In this document: piece after piece, positions 23,401 through 35,100 of the stretch
Position numbering within the stretch: the stretch's first letter is position 1
Layout: each line of letters starts with the position of its first letter
From: Cyanophora paradoxa CCMP329
Taxonomy: Eukaryota; Plantae; Glaucophyta
Length of the DNA stretch: 64,000 nucleotides
Assembly (NCBI GenBank): GCA_004431415.1
Contig: QPMI01000533.1
Location: forward strand, 372,001 to 436,000
Direction of reading: 5' to 3'
Notes under the pieces: model-generated
The model's input: the letters and a program-made list of their open reading frames with translations, nothing else
The model's database searches: none
Told to the model about the DNA's origin: nothing
Position numbers and translations under genes: made by a program

Positions 23401-25324
23401 TCGCTCTCACCAGGGTCCCGTCGGCTGCTGACCACAAGCGAACTTTACCGTCGCTGGCGCCCGTAGCAACGAGGGCCCCGTCCGGGGAGACCGCAAGGGC
23501 CCTGTTCGAGGAGACCGGAATCTCAACGCGCAGAAGAAGCGTCCCGCTCGCCGACCATTTTAGAATCTGCTTCTGGGTTCCAGTATACACATTGTGTGTA
23601 GTGAAAACGAAGTTATCATTCGCTGGCGTGCCAATCGAGTCGAAATAAAGCATGCTCGGCCCAATGACCGTGCTGACATTCCCGAGCAAAAGCGTAGAAT
23701 CGGGGGCAGCTGTTGCAAAAATCCCTGCAACCGCGGTGTTGGCGCCCGGGGGATTCAAGTATGTAGAGTAGGCAATCCGCGATCCGATACTGTCGAATGA
23801 GACGGCTTTGATTGGAGCTGACTTGTTGAACTCCTGAACAAGGGCACCGCTGCCTGCGGCCCAGATGCAGATGCGGCCATCCATGCCTCCAGTAAGGATA
23901 CGTGAGCTGTCTTCAGAGATTGATATGAACGTTGAATAAAAAGTGACAATGCTGCCTGTGAAGTAAGCACTCACGATGACGCTTGCATTGATAGACCGCA
24001 GCACTGATGCGTCCGACGTGGAGACAAGTTTAATCATTGTGACGGATGAGCTTCCAGAGACGAGCGCTGCGACAACAACGTACGATCCGTCCGGCGATAG
24101 ACTCAACAAGTCGCTGCCAGCTGCGGATATGTCGAGGAGCCTGAGCCGCGTTCCATTGGTCGACCAGACACTCAAGCTGCTGTCAGACGATGCTCCCGAC
24201 ACGATGTTGCCGTCGGGCAAGAGGCCGAGGAATGTGGCCGCATACAGAACTTGCCCAGTATTGTAGCCATAGCCATAATCACCGCCGAGCTTGTTTGCAA
24301 AGCAACATGCATCCGGGATTTGCTGGAACAGCGCGCCGTCTATCCCCCGCAGGCTCGCCTTGTACGTGTTGTCCGTGCTGTTCTTGATCACGACGACAGC
24401 TGTGCGGGTGTCCGTCGACAAGCCAACGCGCAAGGGGCCGAAACTCAAGGGGATCTCGACCCGAGAGAGGAGAGCGCCGGTCGAAGAGGAGAATGCCGAC
24501 ATGCCGTACTCCGAGGCGACGACGACGCTGGCGCCATCCGCGGAGAACCGCAAGAGGTTCAACATCCCGCCCTTGTGACTTACAGCGTGCAGCTGTGTGC
24601 CACTTGTCGCCAACCAGATGCGCAGCGAAGACGTGTACGGCCCGGATGTCATACGGCCATCGGCGGTCGCGACAAGCTGGCCATCAGGAGAGACAGCGAC
24701 TGCGTCGACTTGGGATGTGTGTCCGATAAGGGTAACCAGTGGCGAAGCTGTCACCCGCACGTCGCGATCGCGAGCTCTCAGCAAGACGCATTAGAATCGG
24801 TTCATGATCAAGAACCCGAACCGGGGATGGACGTCGTCGGATCGCCATTCGTGTCTAGTGTCAACTGCGCGGCCGCAGGCGCCAAGAAAGCTGTGTGCAA
24901 GCGACCGAAACGTCAATGACGTGCGTCATATATATATATATATTCATAAGATCGGGCTGATCATGTGCATGGATCAAAGGAGCTCGATCGCGAACCTGTT
25001 AACTGTATTATGGATATCAATATTAATTGCAATGCGAAGCGTCCCAAGGTTGAGCGGTATGCGGAGATCGTATGCGTACACCTGCATGCCGCAGTGCACA
25101 TGAACGTTCAACGTTAATCACGAGGACGGAATATATATAGATATAATCATCGGCAGCACATATAAGCATATCGATAATGCGAACCGCGCGCTTGTGCTCG
25201 AGCTCGCGATCGCTATAACATGCATATGCATATGTGCACATGCGCTTCGAGACGGGGGCGGTCGGCGTCTGCGGCGTATTGCTGGCCACGGGGCAGCAGC
25301 TTGTTGCGATTGCTGCTGAAACAT
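17444..25324 (-). CDS. Large membrane protein: signal-like N-terminus, WD40 beta-propellers, Pro-rich linker, PKD-like Ig domains, Gly/Ala-rich insert, multi-pass TM C-terminus
   Basis: 705-aa ORF 22667-24784 with many WD40 repeats (GHTSQVDAVAVSPDGQLVATA, LTGGMDGRICIW, VATGASDGKVRLWS). PKD-like VELPTSSIILNGTLSSDTDGG..LWS and VLASARDDEFGIVGAYWRQARG..YSFEFVAINS. Hydrophobic segments at 20750-20850, 19380-19440, 18930-19110 and 17650-18000. Stop at 17444; the start (MFQQQ, 25324) is tentative. Confidence 0.75.
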
Positions 25325-25665
25325 GCAATGCACGCCGCGCCAGCAGGGTCGTGACGCACAGGCGGCACAGCGCATGCGTATCTGATTAATATTCGCGCTT
25401 TCGAATTCGGAACGTTAACACAGAATCGCTCTGCCGCAGTGCAGCTGCCAGATCGGATCTAGAGCCTGCATGCGCATGATGGCTGCATCATGGCATGCGC
25501 ACTGTGGCAGACTCTCAGGCTCTTAGCTTCGCCGAGTCGATTCTGGGCTACCGTAGTACCCGCGGGCCGGTAGTAGGTCCGGTACCGTCGATCACGGCGG
25601 TACGTCACGATCAACTTGATCAGTTGCCGCAGTACTACCGTAGTACTAGGCTAGTGCACTGCGGC

Positions 25666-26185
25666 TAGGGGTGAGTATCGAATGTAGGGTCGGGTTCATT
25701 CGATTCGGTTCGATCGGTCTGCGTATTCGATCGAATGGTTTCGATACCCGGTAGGGGGGGTACGTCAGGCACCCTTGGTGGCCGAAACAGAGCGTAAACG
25801 CGATACAAAACAGCAGAAGCAAGAGATAACGAAGCATAAAACATCAAAGATAGCAAAAGACACGTTCTTAAGTGCTGTATACGTCTCGTAAGAGACCGAC
25901 ATACTTCCAGGGGGGTACTTGTAACCTGTGTCGTCTGCAAACCGCAGCGCGAAAATGCAGTCACATTGAGTAGAATTGGTTCAGAAATGATACTGTTTGC
26001 CTGTTATGCGATTTTGTCACGTCCAAGAAGACTCTTGATGGCTTCTTTCGCTGCAAAGACAGGTCTCTCGTGGGCGTACCCCCCACATTCGAATGATTCG
26101 ATCGGGTGACCGGGTTCGATTGGTTCGAAACTCGTCGGGTTCGATCGAATGGGTTCGATACTATTCGGTTCGATACTCACCCCTA
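25666..26185. mobile_element. Non-autonomous hAT element (MITE), 520 bp
   Basis: Perfect TIR TAGGGGTGAGTATCGAA / TTCGATACTCACCCCTA; perfect 8-bp TSD ACTGCGGC (25658-25665, 26186-26193); subterminal GGTTCGAT repeats. Confidence 0.92.
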
Positions 26186-26854
26186 ACTGCGGCATGCGCA
26201 ACTTTCAAGTTTGGCAAGTAACCCCCGCAAGTTGCCCGGCCGGCGGCCGCATGTGCATGCGCACTCAGTGACTGGCAGCACTCACTGAGTCAGTGACTGC
26301 ACTGCAGACCTACTAATTATAAATAACTTAGTAAGTAGGCCACCGGACCGTCGGACCTGGCACCGCCGCACCGGTCACCGGGTACGGCGGTACATCACTA
26401 ACACTACTAGGCTAGCCTAGCTAGTACGTACTACGGTAGTAGCCTGTGGTACTTAAGTGACGTATCCCGGAGTCCGTGAGTTACTAAAGTTACTAAGTTA
26501 AGTTCAACGGTCACTACTATCATAGTATGATAGTACTATCCGTGAGTTTAAGTTCAACGGTCACGGGCCGCGGGTTGTGCGTGCCGCACACTGTGACAGT
26601 CCGACGGTCCCGCACTGCGGGCCAGTCTGCGGCATGCGCACTGCGGCAGTGCGCGCGATGCCACGTGCACGCGTACGGTGGCCATGCATACTATGATATG
26701 GCCTCGAGCTCGTACTACCGGTACCGTCACGGCGTACTGTACTACGGTAAAACGAGAAATGTGATTCAAATGTCCGGCGTCACTTTATTTATTTCGGCAC
26801 TTTATACGGTAAAACGAGAAATGTCCGGGGCACTGTGACAATATTAGTACAAGT

Positions 26855-27196
26855 AGATTATATTAATATTCTCACCCCTTCATGGTCCTGCATGACAGGC
26901 TGACTCATGATCAGTGACGGGCCAGTGACGGCCCAACGGGTAGACTGAGTACCGTAGTACTAGACTCTAGATCTGAGAGCAGATTAATATTAATATTATA
27001 TTCGCACCCCTTCATGTTCCTGAATCCTGACAGGCTGACGGGCCAGTGATCGACGGCCCAACGGATAGACTCGAGCTCTAGCTGAGAGGCAGTGAGAGCA
27101 GATTATATTCGCACCCCTTCATGTTCCTGAATCCTGACAGGCTGACGGGCCAGTGACGGCCCAACGGGTAAACTCTAGATCTGAGACTCTGAGAGC
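26855..27196. repeat. Three diverged tandem units (126, 119 and 97 bp)
   Basis: Core agattatattc.caccccttcatg.tcctg..gacaggctgacgggccagtgacggcccaacgg..ctctag..gagagc starts at 26855, 26981 and 27100; units differ mainly by small palindromic insertions. Confidence 0.85.
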
Positions 27197-27291
27197 TTCG
27201 GCTCGAGGGCCGGGGGCATGGCGCCGGCAGTCGACGGCCCGCGGTCCCGGAGTCCGATCCTACTAGCTAAAGCTTAAGCCATATATGCATG

Positions 27292-27619
27292 TAGGGCACT
27301 GGCCAGCGGCCCGGCCGAACAGCTGGCTGGCTGGTTTTGGACTTTTAGGCTGGCCCAGCCCCCCGATTCTCTAAGCGTCTCTAAGACACCGATTGAAAGC
27401 GTCTCTAAGACACCGATTTCATTTAACAGCGGGGGCTCTGCGGCTGGTCGGCTGGCCATCTGGCCTAGCCGAGTCTTCGGCTCCTAGCTGGAGGCTGGCC
27501 GCCAGCTGGCCGGCCAAGTTTTGGGTGGAGGCTGGCGGCCAGCCCCGGGCCGCTGGCCGGGTTTCGCCGGCTTGGACTGGCCCGCTGGCCAGAGGGAGAC
27601 CTGGCTGGCCAGTGCCCTA
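27292..27619. mobile_element. Non-autonomous hAT element (MITE), 328 bp
   Basis: TIR TAGGGCACTGGCCAGC / GCTGGCCAGTGCCCTA; perfect 8-bp TSD TATGCATG (27284-27291, 27620-27627); internal GCTGGC repeats. Confidence 0.92.
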
Positions 27620-28072
27620 TATGCATGCGCGCATGCTAGCGGAGCCTACCAGGTAGCGCTATAGTGCCACGGTGACGGGGGTGAACAGAGCTACAATCGA
27701 TCTCAGCGCGTATCCCATCGAATCCCACGGTGACGGGCCTGACCGGCCCTGACGGGCCGTGACGGCCGACTGACTCAGTGATCATGACGGGGTGTCACGC
27801 CGTGACGGCGACGTCACGGCGTCACTGATTCAGCGCCGCGTGAATCGATATCGCGGCGTGAGCCGCGTGAACTCGGAGTCTCGGAATCGCGGGATTCGCC
27901 CGCGTCTCAGTCGGACGCGTGATCATGACTCATGAGTCCGACCGACTCCGACGGTCTCTGGAATCTGGATTCATGACCCGTCTCTCTCAGGCTCTAGCTG
28001 CCGCAGCCTGCCAGTGCCTGCCACTGAGACTGCCAGGCTGCCGTCTACTGGAGTATAGCTAGCATACTAGTA

Positions 28073-28285
28073 CTGTAAACGTACGAATTTCCGCCAGCGT
28101 CTAATTTCGACTATATTCGCCAGACCCTCGCGTTGTCGAATATTTGACGCTGGCGAATTAAGCCTTTGTATGGCGAAGTCGCAGGGTGTCGAAATCAAGA
28201 CGCTGGCGGACTAATTTTCGACAGGATTTTCGGGTTTTGTCGAATTAAAGTGCTGGCGGATATTAGTATATACGTACGTTTAAAG
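28073..28285. mobile_element. MITE with TA target duplication (Tc1/mariner-type)
   Basis: TA|CTGTAAACGTACG ... CGTACGTTTAAAG|TA; the inverted match continues imperfectly (tccgccagc..ttcgac / gtcgaa..gctggcgga). Confidence 0.8.
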
Positions 28286-28509
28286 TAGTAGAGTGACTAC
28301 CGTAAGTACGGTAGTAGTACGGTAGTACTAGAGTCTCAGTCTCTCAGAGTCTAGATATCGATCTGCATTAATTGACTCGAGCTCTGCGAATTGACTGCGC
28401 ATGCACTTCGGAATCTAGATCTGCCGGCCGGGCGACTGCCGCAGTGCGCATGCCGCACTGCGGCAGTGCCGCAGCTAGCCTACTAGGGTAACTAGGCTAG
28501 TACCGGTAG

Positions 28510-28860
28510 ACTCCCGAGTATTTCGGAAATCGGATTTTGGAGCGCCGAATTTCGAAATCGGCCCGCCGAAATTGCCGAAATTTCGGCCGAAATTTCGGAA
28601 TGTCCCCGCCCCCCGGAAGTCGAAATAACATGCACAGTCCCCTTTGACCTAAGACAGACTGCCTACGTATACTTGTGTGTCTAGCAGTGCCTACGGACGA
28701 TTCCGGGACGAAGTTAACCAGTCCCCGCGCCCCCCCGGGCACCCCAACCCCTCACTTGCAGGGCCGAAACTTTGAAACACCAATATTCCGAATATTTTAT
28801 TGATTATGCCGCAGGTATATTCCGGATCCGAATCTCCGATATTCCGAGTCCCGAGTCCCG
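28510..28860. mobile_element. Degenerate TIR-element remnant with CCGAAAT/ATTTCGG subterminal repeats
   Basis: Clustered ccgaaatt/tttcgg motifs at both ends, flanked by imperfect direct repeats gcagtgccgcag..ctagccta..gtaccggtaga..ctcc; no clean TIR or TSD. Confidence 0.4.
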
Positions 28861-29023
28861 CCTGAGCAGTGCCGCAGGCCCGCAGCTAGCCTAGTACCGG
28901 TAGATCCAGACTCCGGGAGTCCCGCAACGCGGCACTGCGGCGGCAGTGCATCAGGATTGATTCCGAATCTCAAATTATTCTCAATTTCCGATCAGGCGAT
29001 GCCCGGCCATGAATGGCCCATGA

Positions 29024-30045
29024 CAAGCGGAATCTGCGGCGTAGGGCCTCACGGGGAGGCGGCGAGACCTTCCATTTGGTCCACGAGGGACCGCTGCTTC
29101 TTGTATGCCCGCGCCTGCCCCGCAAGCTCCCGCCACAGCCGCCGCTGTCCTTCCGCGTCTGCGCGCCCGAGCGGCGTCGGCCGCGGGGTACGGCGGCCCG
29201 CGGGGGGTACGGCGCACCGGGGACGGATCGGACGAGGTCCGCGAGCGCTTCGAAGTCTGCGGGGTACGTCAGAGCGGCGCGGAGCGTTTGGCGGGCGCGC
29301 CGGCGCCCCGCCCGCACCGGTGCGGGGGCGTCGGAGGAGGCCGATGGCGGAGAGCTTCGTGGGGGGGGTACGGGCACGATCCGCTGGGGGCGGGCGGACA
29401 TGGCCGCGGGGTGCGGGGAGGATGGCTCGTAAGGGGGGCCGGGGGAGCGCTTGGGGGCGAAGGCGGTGGAGGGCGGGCGGCGCGCGGCGGAGAAGGGGAG
29501 GGGCGAGGTGCGGCTGGGCTCAGAGGGGCCGGGGGCGGCTGCAGCTGCAGGGGACGGGGACGGGTTGCGGGGGGATGGCTGGCTGGGCCGGGCCCGCGGG
29601 GGCGGCGGAGCGGCGGCCGCGGGCGGAGGGGTACCGGTGCCGTTCGCGAGCGTCTCGGGGGCCGGTGGGGGCGAAGGGGCCGAGACGGAAAGGAGAGGGG
29701 GGAGCAAAGGTGGTCCCGGCGGAGGAGCGGCGGGGGATACGGCGGGCTCCTGTGCAGGGGGCAGAGGGGCGGGCGAGGCGGGGGGCTGCTCCGGGGGGAC
29801 GGCCACGGGGGACGATGGGGCGGGGCCAGGGCCCGGGGTGCGAGGGGCGCCGGACGCGCCAGGGGTAGGGGCGGGCGAGCCGGGGCGGGATCCCGGGCGC
29901 GGGGGCGCTGGGGAGCGGGGCCGTCCGGGCCGCCTCCCGCGGTTCGTCGGGCCCTGCACTGCAGAGTCAACCGGATAAACACAAAAGGGCGCCAGGTGGA
30001 TTCGATCCCGGACCTGATTGGCCTCGTCCTCCTCGTCGCCCCCCG
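29024..30045 (-). pseudogene. INTS6 3' fragment, copy B
   Basis: High direct similarity to 51380-52390, including introns; encodes ..QRRLWRELAGQARAYKKQRSLVDQMEGL. Confidence 0.9.
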
Positions 30046-30324
30046 GAGCGACGGCCGCGGGGGACGATGGGCGGGTCCAGGGCCTGGAGTGCGAAGGGCG
30101 CCGGGCGCCGGCGCGCCGTGGGAAGAGGGGGGAAGAGGAGGGGGGGGGGGGGGGGGGGAGGATGGGGATGCGGGATCCCGTGCGCAGGAGGCCGCGGAGA
30201 GAAGAAGATCGAAAAGGGGAAGGGAGGAGGGGGGGCGGGGAGGGGGGGGGGGGGGCGGGGGTGGAGGGCGGGTACCTTCGAGAAGATCAGAGGTACAGAA
30301 TGAACCAGGGCGGGGGTACACGGA

Positions 30325-31140
30325 CCTTGACGCGGCCGCAGCTGATGCAGCAGCAGACACGGAGCTCGATCTCGAGCTGCCGCTTCTGCTGCGTGATTGA
30401 CTGCGCGAATTGCTGCCGGGCCGATTAGGCAGACCGGGCGGGGGTACGGGCGCCTGGCCGCTGGAAGGGCAGGGGGTACGCGCACCTGGCTAACGATCGC
30501 CTGCGCCGTGTTCTTGATGTTCGGCTTGAGCAGACCGGGTACCTCCACAACGCCCTGCGGGGTACAGGGAAGCGTTTCAAACGCCGGGCCGGGCGGGGGG
30601 TACGGCTTGGCCCGGGCGCACCTTCAGCTTGTAGCAGATGCGGGCCTTGTAGCTCCCGCGCTCCTCGTGGAAGCTTGGGGGGGGGGAGGGGGAGGGGGGA
30701 GGTAGGCGGGGAAGGGGAGGGGGTACGGGCGTCGCGGCGCGCCTGGAGGGAGGTCGGGGGGTGGGGGGGGGGGAAGGAGAAGGGGAGCGGGTACTGGCCG
30801 GGCGCGATCTCGACCTGGTACGTCGCCATAGGGATCTTGACCTGTACCCGGGCGCGGGCGTTGGCGTGGGCGAGGGAGGGGGCAGGGGTACAGCACGCGG
30901 GGCGCCGGCGAGGGGGAGGGGGCGGGGTACTCTCAAGAACTCGTGCGTGCCCTCACAGCGGTCCGCGACTGTGTGAGAGCTCTTTCCGTCCGACACAGTC
31001 CGCTGCTCCGTCCACTCCGCCTGCGCGGCGCTCGGCGCGGGACGCGCGTGCCGCGGCGCCCGCTCGCGGAGGCGGCTCACCTTTTCGAAGCCCTTGACCT
31101 TCAGCGCGATGCTGTCGGCTCTCGTGGGCTGCAGGAGGCG
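30325..31140 (-). pseudogene. Arrestin-like gene fragment, copy B (most of the N-domain plus the start of the C-domain)
   Basis: PTRADSIALKVKGFEK / AEWTE..EGTHEFLR / VKIPMATYQVEIAPGQYPLPFSFP / SFHEERGSYKARICYKLK / GVVEVPGLLKPNIKNTAQAIVSQ / ..RVCCCISCGRVK; similarity to copy A continues to ~31280. Confidence 0.72.
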
Positions 31141-32184
31141 AGCCGCGGTCGGGCGCTGGCGCGGGAGGGGAAGAGGCGGGGCGGCGCCGCTCGGCGGGCT
31201 CCCGACCTCAAACGGCGCGCGCGGGAGGGTCGCGCGGCGCAGAGGGCTGCGGCGGCGCGGCCTCCGGGCGGCCGGACCCGTTCCCGGCGCCCGGGACCTG
31301 AGCTCGCGCCGTCCGCCCGCGCTGGCGTCCATGGTGCGCGCCGCAGCTCCCGCGCCGTAGCCCGGCGTCAACTTCTTGTAGCTGCGCGCTTTGTGAGCGC
31401 ATGGAGAGCGTTGGGCCCGCGCCGGACAGGCGGGTGCGGCGGCGCGACGACGCACCTGCGGCCGGGCCGCGGCGTCCCCAGCGCGTCCCACGGGGGCCGA
31501 TCGTGCGTGGATCCGATCATTTTGATAGCCGGGGCGTCCATTTCAAGCGCTGAGGGGGCGCATGGCTCTCGATTCGCGGCGCGCGCCCAACTCTGTGCAG
31601 GGAAGCCGCGGAGCGAGCCTGCGCGACAAACGAGTCGGCGGCGTCCAGCAGACCGGCGAGAATGGCCCATTGCGCACCGAGGACGGGTTCCTGTGCGCCA
31701 CCGCCGAGTCGGCGGCTCGTTTGGGGTAGAGTGTGCATGCCAGTTTGCAACGAGTGCGGTCACTGCACACCCGAAGCTGCCGCCGGGCGCCGCGGCAGGT
31801 GCAGGGCGCCGCGGCGCTCTCGAGAGACAGCAGATCGCCCGTAGAGCGTGTGTTCTGTGACGGCCCCTTCTTCGCGCTCCTCTTTGCGATCTTCGCATTG
31901 TGGACGAGCAGCAACAAGCAGAGCAAATATGCGTGGTTGGCAGCGCCCCCATCGCAGCGCCCCAGCCAACCGCGCCACAGCCGCGCGCGGGCAGCTGGCC
32001 ATGCAGCGCCCTGCGTGTGCTCCGCTCGCCGCGGCTCGTTACCAGTCGCTCGCTGTCGCGAAACGCGGCGGCCGGTGCGCGGGCGCTCGGGGGCGCTGCA
32101 GTGCGGAGCCGCCGCCTCCGCGCGGGAGCCGCCGCCGCGGCGGGAGCGCCCAGAGCGCGCCCCGCGCGCCGGCGCACCGGCGAG

Positions 32185-35100
32185 GCCGTCCAAGGCCGCC
32201 GCGCCGCCTTCCCCGCCTGCCCTGGCGCCGGCGCTTGCAAGCGCGCCCCTCGCCGCTCCGGTCCCTGCGCCGGCGCCGGCGCCGCCGGCGGGGGGCGGGC
32301 GCGTGTGGGAGGCAATGCGGCCGCTCGTGCCCGCTCGCAAGGTCGATCTGGAGGAGACCGGCACCCAGACGTGCGCCCGCCCCGCCCGCCTCCCTGCCCC
32401 GCCCCGCCTGACGCCGGCGCAGGGACCCGAGGAGACGGAGCTGACGGCGTCGATGTCCCTCGACGGCTCCTGCCTCTACGCTTCGATCCCCGAGGCCGCC
32501 TTCGTCTCCGACCGTGCGCTGTACCCGGCCCGGGCCCGGGCCCCGCGGCCGCCGGTGCTGAGGGCGGGCGGGGCAGAGGCCGGGGCCAGGCGGGGGCGCT
32601 GACGCGGGCGGGCCGGGCGCGCCTGTGGAAGGCCGGCCTGACCGACGCGGGGAGGCGCCCCCGAGGACGAGGAGGGTGCCGGCGCCGTCGCCCGCCACCC
32701 CATCGCCGCCCTCCGCGTAATGCGCGCCCCCGCCCCGGCCCCCTCCCCGCCGCCCTCACCTCGCCCCCTCTCGCAGATCCGAGTACCCCCGGAGCCCCCG
32801 CACTGCCGACGTGCTCCTCGAGGAGAACGATCCCCGGCAGGTCCGCGTACCCCCGAGTGGACCGTACCCCGGTACCCCGGGGACAAACCGGTACCCCGCA
32901 GAGGAACGACATCACGATCCACTTCCTCGCGCTCGCCCCCCCCCGCCCACAGCAACGCCCCCCAGTCCGTCTACTTCACGTTCCAGGTTGGAACCCGCGC
33001 GGGCCCCTTTCCTTTCCGCCGGCCGCGCCGCCGCGTGACGCCGGCGGCCGGCCCTGCAGTTCTACCACTACGCCCCCGTGGTCACGGAGCCCCTCATGCT
33101 GGCCAAGCCGGCGGCCTCGGCGCCACCCACGGCCCCGCGCATCCTGGTCCGCTCGGCCGAGCAGGAGAACAGCGACGGCCCGGGCCTCCCCATCAAGTTC
33201 AAGGCGCGCCGTACCCCCCCTGCTCTTCGAAACGGTTCCCGCCCAGAATCGAACCCGCGACCGCAGGTCGACCTGCCCAAGTTCGCGCGCGCGGACGAGT
33301 GCCGCGTCTTCGCCGAGGTACCCCCTTTCTCCAATCTTTCTCCCGCCCGCTGCAGCTGAACCTAACTTCGTACCCCCCTTCTCAGTACCTGCGGGACAAG
33401 GCCCTCGAGATTGACGTGTGGGACGCCACCTCGCTCTTCCTCATCGGTACCCCCCCGCCCCTGCCCCCGAGACCTCGTACCCCTCCCTCCCTCCCGGCCG
33501 ACGCCGGCGGGCAGGCACCGTCCGCATCCCGCTCAAGTCGCTCATGCGCAAGCACAAGGAGGCGGTTCAGATCACGCAGGGTCCGCGGGGGGGTACCGCG
33601 ATGCTCCGGCCGCCGCTTACGGCGCGCCGGCAGAGTTCGAGATCGTGCACACGCCGTATGGCCCGCCGCCGGAGGAGGAGGACGGGCTGTCGGCGCGGAG
33701 CACGCCGCTGCGGCCCGGGGGCGTCAACGCGACGCCGGGGCCCGTGTACAAGGCGCACGGCGCCCCGCAGGCCCGCGGCCGCCTGCAGCTCCGCATCTCC
33801 AACGAGGGCCACATGAGCGGTCCGTCCGCGGCGCCAACTCCTCCGCCGCGGCCCTCCCTCTCTGATCCGAGGGGGCGCAGAGGGCCCCAGGCCTGCGAAG
33901 GACGCGGAGGGGCGCCCCGCGCCCGCCGCGCCCCGGGTGCGCTCCTCGCTGGCCGTCATTCCGGTCTCCCGCCTTGGGACGGAGGTCCCCACGGAGCCCG
34001 GGCGCGTCCGCACGCACCGCGCGCGCCCCGTCAAAGTCTGCCCGCCCGCCCCCTCTCCGCTCCGAACTCCATCGCCGGGATTCGAACCCGCGTCGTTCAG
34101 GAGAGCGACCGGGAGCTCGCCGACGCGATCCGCGAGGAGGAGTCGCGCTACGCCGACTCGGAGGGGTACGCCGATCCCGGGGGGGTACGGCGCGCGAACT
34201 GGCGGGGTCTGAGGGACGGCCGCGGCGCAGGTCGGGGGTGGAGAGGCGGCCTATGGCGCGGGAGCAGGAAATCCGCCAGCGGGAGCGGAACCTGCGCGCG
34301 ATCCAGAACTGGCGCGAGCGGTGCGCGCCGCCCGCTCGACGCTTTGCACGAGTAGCCGCAGCCGCGCGCTGAGCGGCGCGGTGCGGCGGGGCGGGCGCAG
34401 GCGGAAGAAGCAGGTGATCCAGGACATGCTCATGCAGAGCCTCACCACCGTCCACACCATCTACCCCTCCTTCGGCCGCACCTGGTGCGTACCCCTGCAT
34501 GCAGCGGCCCCCGCGCCGCGAAGCGATCGCCGTACCCCCTCCGCGCAGCTTCTTCGAGATCGCTTTCGTGAACCCGTACCTCCACGACGACTGCTTCATC
34601 ATCTCCTTCGACGACCCCGACCTCCGGTCCAGGTGTACCCCTCCTCCCGCCCGGCCGCCGCCGACGGCCCCCGGGAGGTACAGTATTGTGCGGGACACGA
34701 AGGAGTGGCGGGCCCACAAGCGCGTGCGCGGGCTCACGACGCCGCTCGAGGACGACCTCGTCTCCGAGCACAACGAGGTACCCCCGCCCCACTACTTCCC
34801 CCCCCCAACCTGACGGCGTACCCCCCGCAGCTGCTGGTGCACGCGCGGGAGACGGTGTACGTGCCGTTCGTCTTCCAGAGCTTCAGCTGCGGGACGCTGC
34901 GGGCGGCGATGCTGGGCGACGGCGCGGCGGGCGGCGAGGAGGCGACGCCGCGGGCGCGGCAGGAGCGGGGCGGGGAGGAGGGCCCCGACGAGCCGATCCG
35001 CCCGCGCCGGACGGACGTCTCCTTCTACAACCGCGCCGGCCGCCTCGTCTACGTCGTCCGCGTCCACGTAGCCCCCCAGGTCCCCGCCCCGTACCCCCCG

